Shown: piece after piece, positions 11,306 to 20,000 of the stretch | How the letters are laid out: each line of letters opens with the position of its first letter | How positions within the stretch are numbered: position 1 is the stretch's first letter | Source: Paramecium tetraurelia | Lineage: Eukaryota | Reading direction: 5' to 3' | Assembly: GCA_000165425.1 (NCBI GenBank) | Contig: CT868618.1 | Location: 242,311-262,310 of the forward strand | DNA: 20,000 nucleotides | Notes under the pieces: generated by a model | Databases searched by the model: none | The model's input: only the letters and a program-made list of their open reading frames with translations | Told to the model about the DNA's origin: nothing | Position numbers and translations under genes: made by a program

Positions 11306-12047
11306 TCAATAGAGCAAATAAATGACCAAAACCATAGCAACGATAACTGCAGCGATAAATAGTTTTGTTCTTAAAGCTCTACTTTCCTAATCTTTTCTGA
11401 CTTATGTTGCCTTGGCTGATAATAAAATTAATTTACTGTTGTTTTCATTGCACCTGCAAATGTAGTCATGGTTTAAGTAGTATGTACTAAAATCTAAATT
11501 TAATCTTCTCTGTCTAAGATTTGGTCTAGAAGTATTATAATTATGGTTTACCTAAAGTCAGAGACATTTGATTTGCTACATCTGTCAACTGCTTTTATAA
11601 TCTGACAATTTTTTCATTTTCTGGATCACTGTTATAATAAGTCTTTAAAATTGCATAATGATATTGATACCATCTTGGCTTTCAAGTACTCTACAAATTA
11701 GTTTTGAATTCCATAATTAACTGCTTGTCTTCTAACATTTTCAGGAAATTTCTCACAAAACAATTCTTTGATTTCTTCTAAAAACGCAAAGGCAGTAGCT
11801 TTTGACAATAATGCATCTGCCAAACATAAGTAAGTGAAATCATTTTCATTTATGTAATGGAAATGGTAACTAGTATTCAATCTAAATTTACTCATTACTT
11901 TTATTCATAAACACATGTTTGGCGAGTGTTCTTTTTCAGTTTGTCAAATAGTTTCTTAGCTAAAGAAGGGAAATTACTGGTCATAGATTCATAATCAACA
12001 AGTGTTATATTGTTTCCCCTCACAATGACGGCATAAATCAAGGACAT
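11306..12047 (-). CDS. VAMP7-like longin-domain R-SNARE (synaptobrevin family), ~210 aa
   Basis: Longin domain MSLIYAVIVRG..YHFHYINENDFTYLCLAD..AFAFLEEIK, SNARE motif with zero-layer Arg (DQILDREDQIQILV), C-terminal TM LFIAAVIVAMVLVIYLLY. Introns 11870-11898, 11643-11670, 11526-11551, 11411-11436. Confidence 0.92.
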
Positions 12048-12070
12048 AGAAAATTTAAAATTATTTAATA

Positions 12071-14970
12071 ATGAATATTCGAGGATTTAAGTTTTTGGTT
12101 GAAGCTACAATCATTAATGTTTCGATAAGTGTTCAATTTAGTTGTAAAATATAGGTCATTCTAAAAAGAGGTATAGCATATCATATTTATTAATTCAAAA
12201 AGGATCATCGAAATTGGAAACCCAACCTACGTATGAATTACACAAAGGCCTTGCAATAATAAATGAATCCTTAAATTTTAGCATATCAGCCAGTTTGGGG
12301 TTGGATGGCAAATTTGAAGAGAAAAAAACTCAAATAATTGTAATTCTAGTCACCGAAAAAGGATAAAAGAATGCTGGTATGCATAACTTGAATATATCGC
12401 AATATCTCAATCAACAACAGTTTGGTATGAGAATGTTCTATAAAAATTACTAGAATTTTAAGAAGCCTTGCCATTAGAAAAATGTCCAGATAAAAATGCA
12501 AAAGTTGTAGTCAACTTTAAAATTAAACAAATAGGAGAAATAGATTAAGAGTAATACTAAAATTTCATCTAGATTGGAAACTACAGACCAGTCAATTGAT
12601 ATGTCATAGATTTCAACATATACGCCAAACAAAATACTCTAGGAATACAGCGATAAAGTACAATAAAATTATCTTAGACTTAAAGAAGTAAGATTCTGAA
12701 CTAAATCTCTAAATTTAAAAGCTTAAATAGAAAGTAAATGAAATGATTGAAAAAGAACATCATCAAGAAATCGTACTAAATTATGAATAACAATTGTAAG
12801 AATTAAATGCAAAACTCAAAACAGTTTATAATGAAAACACTATGATTCAGGCCTAATTAACAGCCAAATCCTCTGTTATTGATTAATAAAACTAAGAAGT
12901 AGCTTAGTTGAAATCTAAGTTAAGTGAATATGAATTTGAATTTTAAGAAAAATGCAAAAGTTAATCGATCACTCTGAATCAGAAAAATATTGAATTGCAA
13001 AACCAAGTAATTGAATTAAATTAATAAATAAATAATTTGAATAGTACAATCCAAGAAATGAAGAATAATTCAAAGGAGTTTTGCAATTAAAATGAGAATA
13101 ATTAAATTGATCAATTAAATTAATTAATAGAAAATCTATAAAATTAAATTAAAGATAAAAATGAACACATTTAGAATTTAAAAAACCTAACATCAGGAAC
13201 AATAATAGCATTATAATAAAGAAATGAAACTTTAGAAAAACGATTGAATGAACAAAAAGATATAGTTGAAAAATTGAAAAATGCAGATGTATTTTTACAT
13301 TATAGAAATAGTATACAATCAAAGCCACTTCTAGCAATGACTCAAGTATCTTAGTTGAAGAATTGTAATCTGCCTTAAGCATTAAGAAACAAGACATTGA
13401 GAATTTGCAATTGAAATACGAATAATAATTAGCAAAGAAAGAGGAAATAGTATAGAATTTATAGCAAAAATTGGAAGAATCAATGAGAAAGGAACTTGAC
13501 ATTAGTAAGACAAGTTAGGATTCTAAAAATTAAGTGTATTAATTAGAGAAATAAATTGAAGTGTCAATAAATCAGTAAGATAAATCCAAAGTAGAACAAC
13601 TAATGGCTAGGCTAAGAAGTCAAGTCCAATTTTGACAATCCAAATGGGAAAGCAGTCTAAAGGTACATATCAATTACAATAATAAAGTCTAACAAATGCA
13701 AAGATAAATTGCAGATACATCCTCATTTATCGACGATCAAAAGGAACTTCCAGATCAGTTGTTGTCATTGAAAAGAACAATATAGAGCAAACTTTAAAGT
13801 TATCAACAGGCATAAATATCCTTAGAGTAAAAGGTTCAATAATTGCAGTAAGAGTTGGAAATGTGTTAATAAAAATTGAAATAGGAATAAAGTTAATAAG
13901 TAATATAATTATAAATATGGAGTGTTCTGAATCCTAATTCCAAGAGTAGACGCACACCTCTAGTGAGGAAATCTAAAAAATAACATCGGCACTTGAACAG
14001 TATAAAAATATAATACTTTCTTAGAAAGACCTAGGAATTGTTGTTTTTGTAGCAACAATTCGAACAGCAAAAGTAGTCAGGGTTGGATCTTTCAAAATAA
14101 CTTGAGGAAACAAAATCTTAACTAAATACCGTTAAGCAAAATTTATTGAAATCCAAATAATAATTGGCTGAGACCTTATAAGAGAAAGTATTGCTTTAGG
14201 CTAAAATGACTGAATAGCAAAAATCAATTAAAGAAAAGAATTCTGAAATTCAGAAGGGATAAGAATTAATTGCAGAGCTTGAATAATATAATATTCAAAT
14301 GGAAGAAACCATTTCCTAAACACTCGAATAATACAAACTATAACATTAACAAATTAAGTAAAGCTATGAGAAAGAGAAAAAATGGAGATAAGAACTCTAA
14401 GAATAGATAAAGGCACTAAAAGAGGAATTGTCTAAATTTCAATAAGGAATAGGCAATGATGTATCGGATAAATAGCAGTAATGCTAATGCAAAGAATAAT
14501 TATAACAAAATTAATATTACATAGACGAATTATAATAATAAATAGCAGAATTATAGTTATTAAAATTGGAACAAGGAATTCAAAAAAATCGAGAATCATT
14601 AATAAAAACAAGTGTTTAAGCAAGTAGAAGGGAATCCTTGGCTTACTTACAATATGATGATTTAAATAAAAAGGAAGAAACTAATGCTATTTAAAAAAGT
14701 ATTAATTCAAATGAAATTGGATTGTTTAAAGAATTGGAGGAATAAATTCATCGATTAACTAATGAGAAAATTAAAGTATCTAGAGATTATCAAAACGAAT
14801 TAGAAAGAGTTCTTATGGCTAATGAAGAATTAGAGAAAAAATGTACTATGCTCCTATTTGAGTTGGAACATAGTAAAATAACAATAGGTGAAATATTCAA
14901 TGCTGCTATTGAAATTGGAGGAACACCTTTAGTTGACCAACTTTAAATAGCATTCGGTATAAAAGAATGA
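12071..14970 (+). CDS. NT-type C2 domain (EEIG1/EHBP1-like) plus long coiled-coil protein, ~890 aa
   Basis: N-terminus IQVILKRGSSKLET..FEEKKTQIIV..KNAGMHNLNISQYLN..LPLEKCPDKNAKV, then Q/E/K/L heptad-rich sequence to TGA 14968-14970. Introns 12171-12202, 12425-12453, 12551-12572, 12658-12685 and 13289-13311; less certain pairs ~13575-13594 with 13663-13687, and 13900-13922 with 14000-14024. Confidence 0.8.
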
Positions 14971-14987
14971 ATATTTATATATAATTA

Positions 14988-15308
14988 ATGAATTAATAAG
15001 TAGTCATACCCAAATCAATCTATTTCAAAGATGGATCCTATTATCTCGTTATCAATGCAAAGCCAAATTCGAAAGTGAGTCAAATTACTGGCATATCTGA
15101 TGAAGCTGTTGATATTAACATAGCAGCACCACCTAAAGATGGAGAGGCTAATGCTGAATTATGCGATTTTGTTGCTTAAACTTTAGGAGTTAAGAAAACA
15201 GCCATATAAGTTAACAAGGGAGGCAAAGGAAGAAATAAGCTAGTTTCAATTGAGAGTAAGTTCAAAGATATAAACGATTTTTTCGAGAAACTAAAATAAG
15301 GATTGTGA
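14988..15308 (+). CDS. DUF167 / UPF0235 (YggU, C15orf40-like) protein, 106 aa
   Basis: LVINAKPNSKVSQITGISDEAVDINIAAPPKDGEANAELCDFVAQTLGVKKTAIQVNKGGKGRNKLVSI matches the YggU-family APP-DG-AN signature. Confidence 0.92.
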
Positions 15309-15387
15309 ATATATAACTATTTTACCATAAATATGGATTTAATCATCTTTCTATTATCTTGCTAAATATTATAGCATATGTTAATTT

Positions 15388-15546
15388 TCAATATTCTGAA
15401 GTATAAGCATTTTGAATGACCATCTTACAGAATTGTTATTATTAGATCTGATGATCTTATGCTGATTTAAAAGCCTAAAATTAGGAATATAAAAGTGATT
15501 TAAATTTCAGGTTTCTAAAGAGGTCCAACCCATTTCTCTTACTCAT
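15388..15546 (-). other. Possible small ORF or gene remnant (52 aa)
   Basis: Code-6 ORF MSKRNGLDLFRNLKFKSLLYSQFQAFKSAQDHQIQQQQFCKMVIQNAYTSEY within a 337-bp gap that is long for this locus. No motif support. Confidence 0.25.
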
Positions 15547-15645
15547 TTATAAAATACATAGCAATTATTAAAAATGTTCACACATTTATGTTTTATATTG
15601 TTGATTAATATTTCATTATTTTTTATTAAATACCGCCAATTTCTA

Positions 15646-16057
15646 ATGAGCACAATAAGTAGGGAGGAATACGCAAAGAAAATGAGATTAGCTTTATCTG
15701 ACAATCATATATGTAAACCTGATGGAACTGTTAACCATTAATATTTCTTAGTCAAAAAAGGCTAATATTGGGGAGAGGAGAAAATATAATACTTGATAGA
15801 GTAATTAGAGAAAATTGGAGTGGGAAATTGGAAATAAATGTAAAAGGGCCTCTTAGAATAAACTGTAAGTTATTTTTATTGATCTTTAGAGTGAAATTGA
15901 ATTAGAATTAAGAACCTGCTTATTATTTAAAACAACAGACATTTAACCATATATGGATAAAAAGTTCACAAAAATTGAAATCGAATAAATTGCCTAGCAG
16001 AATATTGAAAAAGCTTAATAGTTAAGTAAGTTGAAATATGGAGTATTTGTTGTTTGA
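15646..16057 (+). CDS. p2: p2 (AMTP2) subunit of the MTA1c/AMT1 DNA N6-adenine methyltransferase complex, Myb/HTH-like, 128 aa
   Basis: EYAKKMRLALSDNHICKPDGTVNHQYFLVKKGQYWGEEKIQYLIEQLEKIGVGNWKQM..EIELELRTCLLF closely matches Tetrahymena p2 as I recall it (YAKNMR..NHSYFLTKKGQYW..FGVGNWKEI..ELELRTC). Intron 15865-15889. Confidence 0.88.
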
Positions 16058-16101
16058 TATTATATTATATATTAAAAATAAATGATGTTTTAATTTACTT
16101 C

Positions 16102-16810
16102 TCATTTTTTTGCATATTTTACTTTGAGTTAACATTCTGGAGTTACTTTAAAATTGTTCAGACCTTTCAATGCTACAGTAGCTTGGTCATCATTTTAATA
16201 TTCAACAAAGGCCAAGCCTCTTGCACTTATTAATTTGATTAAAGAATAACCAGGATATTGTCTAAATAACTCTGATAACATAATTTCGGTGACAAATGGG
16301 GGTAATGATTCTATCAATAACACATTATTAACTTCTCCTTAATTGAAAACAGGATTGTTATTTAATTTATCTTCTAATTTTTTTTATTTCTTCTCCTTTA
16401 CCAACTCTGTTGGCAAGGTTGGTTGTAATTCCTTTTGTTGTTTCTATTTGTAATAAAATTTGCCTTCCATCCTATCAAAAATAACACTCTTCTTGTATGC
16501 AAATTCAATAATCTAATTTAATTGACAAAAATACTAGTGGTTTGTCATAGACCATCATTCCAGTCAAGGCTGATTTGGCATTGGTGGCATAAGTAATATT
16601 TTAAAATACAATAAAGGCTTGACCTCTTAATTTTTATGTTTTTTTCATTACAATCTATAAGACTTCTCCAAATTGAGAGAAGAGAATGTATAACACAAAT
16701 TTTAAGTCTTCCAATTTGATTTTATCATTTAATCCAGTGACATAAAGGGTTTCTTTGGGAGCAGAGTCCTAATTAATTTGTTGTGCCGGATGAAGATAAG
16801 GTTAATTCAT
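16102..16810 (-). CDS. U1A/U2B'' (SNF family) spliceosomal two-RRM protein, 228 aa
   Basis: RRM1 ETLYVTGLNDKIK..LYILFSQFGEV..KLRGQAFIVF..DKPLIIEFA and RRM2 NNVLLIESLP..LSELFRQYPGY..LAFVEY..ALKGLNNFKVTPECQLKVKYAKK. Intron 16513-16534. Confidence 0.92.
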
Positions 16811-16837
16811 TTAATAAAATCGAATTTATATAAATTA

Positions 16838-17622
16838 TCAAGCATCAACTTTTTCCTCATCAACATCTCTTACAAACTGTAATTTTAAATCATGATAAAA
16901 TTTAGTAAGATGCACTTGTGCAATGGCTGTGCTATTTGCAATGGATTGAGGCTGTTCGGTTACCCTTTGCTATTCTTGGAGGGGGATTGTTTGAGCTATT
17001 GCATTTTTTAAGGCATTGAGATATTGTTGAATTGGCTGAACTATTTTATCATTTTATTGAGATGTATCTTGAGGGACAGAAAGAACTGAGATTCTGTCCT
17101 CATAATACCCTTCTCCCCACCATAATTCTGAGTCTTGATCGAAGTTTTTGTCCATCAAACAATTTAAAATGATTATCGTCTCCAGCAACAACTTATTAGT
17201 TAAAAAATAAGTCTTACTTGCATAGTCTCATGAGCTATGAGTTCCTTCTTGCTACTTAAGACATGAGCTTGCTATTTTTATCTTAAATAATTCTCATTGT
17301 AGTATTCTAAGACCTTCAGCTTTATCTTTAGAGCTTTCTCTGTGAAATCATTATAACATCTCAATATTATTTCAGATTTGCTCTCAATAATAGCTGCCAT
17401 TTGATCACAAGAGTCCACCTAAATTTACTTCTTCCTCATTAGATCAGCAAGAAAAGATTTGACTGGTTTTGTTCTCATGAAAGTTGCCAATTCACTTGAA
17501 TCCAAGTAGACAAGGGCTTCTTTTGACGTTACTTGATTTTGAGGGGAGGCTTGAGTTTGTGATGTGCGAATTTCGAATTGCTCAGATGGTTTGCTTTTGC
17601 GTTTAGAACATTGAATTCCCAT
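16838..17622 (-). CDS. Uncharacterised protein with N-terminal dual-acylation motif, ~252 aa
   Basis: ATG 17622 MGIQCSKRKSK, intron 17192-17217, frame open to TGA 16838-16840 (..FVRDVDEEKVDA). Spliced length divisible by 3. Confidence 0.8.
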
Positions 17623-17677
17623 TTATTTTAGTATCAACTTTATTTTTATAGTTTATGAGTATATTCGAATGATAATA

Positions 17678-20000
17678 TCAATAATTTGAATCCCAATTTG
17701 GATCTCTAGCTTTTTCTTTTTTATAAGGTGCCCCGATTTAATTAATTTCTTTTGATGCCAATTTCCCATTGGAGAGGGCAGTCTATATATCCTTCTCCTA
17801 GATCATTCTCGATTTCTTGGGTACGAAAGGAGCCTTGAGTTCCTTATCCATCAACTTATCCTAAGCCAATATCATTGAAAATTACCCAATCAAATTTGTC
17901 GAACCAAGAATTAGCCTTTAAAGAAGCATACCCTCCACCCAAACGAGCCTCTGGTGTTTTCAATAACAATTGTTCAATAAACTTTTTGGCTTTCTTGTCT
18001 TTCATAAAAGGAGGGAAGGTAATTGATTTTTTTTGAATTTCCTCATAGATTTCATATGGATCGTCAGCATCTTCGGCATAAGGTACTCCGCCGCACATAA
18101 ATTCAAACAAACACACTCCAATAGACCAAAGATCAACAGTAAACGTGTATCCCTTACCTGTAATAATCTCTGGAGCCATATAATGAGGAGTTCCAATAAT
18201 AGTATACGTTCTAATAGATTTCTAATTCAAAAACTTTGCAGTTCCCATATCTATCATTCTTAGATAACCCTAATGGTTCATAATTGATAAGATACCTTCT
18301 CATCAACCATTATATTCTCTGGCTTAATATCCCCTGTAAATAATTTACAACTTATGCAAATATTCTACACATATCAATAAAGAACCGATGTAAAACTGGG
18401 AATCAACAGTGGTCAACAATCCTATTTCTCTAATGGCATCGAATAATTCCATTCCCTTAATAAACTCTACCAAGAAATAAATGTAATTCTAATCCTTCAT
18501 ACTTTTATAAAATTGCATCAAGAATGGAAAGTTAATTGTTGACAGAACCTGTTTTTCTTACTAATTTTATATAACAATTCATTACAGCTAAATGCCTTTC
18601 CAAAATGTTATTCAACAATCTAAGCCTTGCTAATACATTTCAACGCATATAATTTTTTCATCTTAAGCTGTTCTCACCAAATAGACATTCCCAAATTAAC
18701 CCTAACCTAATTTCTTGATGCAAATTAAATTATCTAATTTTAAATTTGAATAATCTTTCTTTTATTATTACACACTAACTCTATTTAGATACTTCTATTC
18801 ATGTGAATTTTCATTCTTCTATATCATCTATTCCACACCCTACCTCCAATCATATCAAAAAACATCTTTATTTCAAATTCTGCAATGATTGATTCATCTG
18901 TTTATACTTAAATTGTCTCAGGAAGTTTGCTGTCTTAATTTTACGATTTCAAAAACTATTCTCCAAAGATTTTGCCTTTGCCCAATACCTATTGTTTAGA
19001 GGGCATCTATAGACCTTATAATTACGAAATAAAGTGTTACTGTAGCTATTTCTCCTTCTAAGATTATATAAACCTTAGTGCAAGGCTGTCCTGCCGTTAA
19101 TAATAACCTCGTTCTTCCTTCATAGTGCACTTATCTAATGTTTTATAGAATCTTCTCAATCTGAATTGAAGTTAGTTTTCCCAACAAAGGACTCTGTTAC
19201 AATGCCCCATTTTTAAGTATTGATGTACTTAACAGTCTATATTTTTTAGCCTAATATTCTCTGGATATCATCCTTTGACAACGAGAGACATCTCACTTCT
19301 TCTTCGGCTGCCTTAACTGTAGCAGCTCTTTGACAACTTTAATACAAGGCAGCTTCGCCGAAGGATTCTCCAGAATTCATTTAAGATACTTCTTTTTCTC
19401 CCTTGATGATGGGCTACCTTGCCCTTTTTGATTATGTAAAATGAATTAGCCACATCCCCTTCAGAGACTATGATTTCTCCCTTTTTAAAAACCGAAGTAA
19501 TTAAAACACTAGAAATTGCATCTCTTTATTCTTCAGTTAAAAAAGCTATAAAATTAATTATTAAAAATTACAAAAAAATTCAACCTTCTTCATAAACTCT
19601 CTATTTTCTTCATAACTCCTCTAATTTTGCTATTCTACCACCTTCCTAAAAGTATTTCTGTCAATGGCCCAGAATGCACAATCTAATCATGTATATTTTA
19701 AAGTATATACCTCCAACGGCTCTGACACTAGCACTCCTAGGTGCATTGTACAGCATAGCCAATTCACCGAAGGCGTCTCCACTCTTTAGCGTTTTTTTGA
19801 GTTCGCCATTAATGATAATCTGACATTATCCCCTCTCAATCAAAAAATAGGAGCTAGCCTTATCTCCTTACTTGAAGACGAATTGGCCATCAGGAACGGT
19901 ACAATAAAACATTTGATCAACCACATACTCTATGTCACTCTAAGGCACCGATTTAAAGATGAAGTGCTCATTGAAGGCATTTAACATTAATTAGTAATCG
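17678..20000 (-). CDS. cGMP-dependent protein kinase (alveolate-type, 5'-partial); frameshifted as sequenced
   Basis: cNMP-binding cassettes FGELAMLYNAPRSASV, FGEAALYQSCQRAATV and a degenerate third (FGEQFL). Kinase motifs LGQGQFGNV, YALK, YRDIKPEN, DMG, GTPHYMAPE, DLWSIGV. Introns 19683-19710, 19546-19571, 19007-19040, 18561-18585, 18270-18295, 17861-17885. Several extra bases between 18331 and 19413 break the frame. Confidence 0.92.

Noticed and set aside
13633..13635. In-frame TGA in the coiled-coil gene as selenocysteine, readthrough or pseudogene lesion
   Set aside because: Bypassed by a plausible pair of short introns (20+25 nt) that restores the frame; no SECIS seen.
15415..15476. Box C/D-like words (tgatga, ctga)
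   Set aside because: Only ~8 nt separate the C-like and D-like boxes, too short for a snoRNA, and no guide was identified.
2445..18263. ORF-track entries 2445-2645, 10948-11148, 13149-13502, 14432-14623, 18002-18196 and 18033-18263
   Set aside because: Antisense or off-frame shadows of real genes. The hydrophobic look comes from the reverse complement of A-rich coding sequence.
18695..18712. Telomere-like ccctaacctaa
   Set aside because: It is the PKG glycine-rich loop (GGT TAG GGT TAA on the minus strand), not a telomeric array.
1..20000. CRISPR arrays, tRNA/rRNA genes, prokaryotic operons or defence systems
   Set aside because: No regularly spaced repeats or RNA-gene signatures seen; the sequence is eukaryotic with spliceosomal introns.

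Overview
AT-rich, gene-dense ciliate macronuclear-type DNA, most likely Paramecium. Reading frames are only continuous if TAA/TAG encode Gln (code 6, TGA the only stop), introns are 20-34 nt GT..AG, and most intergenic gaps are tens of bp. The supplied standard-code ORF track is therefore mostly fragments or artefacts. Hand translation gives 13 genes: a partial unknown gene, a mitochondrial HPR/OPR-like helical-repeat protein, PP2C, a pseudokinase, a GH31 alpha-glucosidase, a soluble cytochrome b5-domain protein, a VAMP7-like longin R-SNARE, an NT-C2/coiled-coil protein, DUF167 (YggU-like), the p2 subunit of the MTA1c 6mA DNA methyltransferase complex, U1A/U2B'', an acylation-motif unknown, and a 5'-partial cGMP-dependent kinase. 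The most notable extras are an eroded IS630-Tc1-mariner transposase relic (~9430-9800), an ATGA stop/start overlap at 580-583, a cluster of homopolymer insertions breaking the PKG gene, a 23-bp head-to-head gene pair, and a GC-rich hairpin at ~4813-4860. I found no convincing wholly new multi-gene system. All family calls rest on motif recognition, not database searches.
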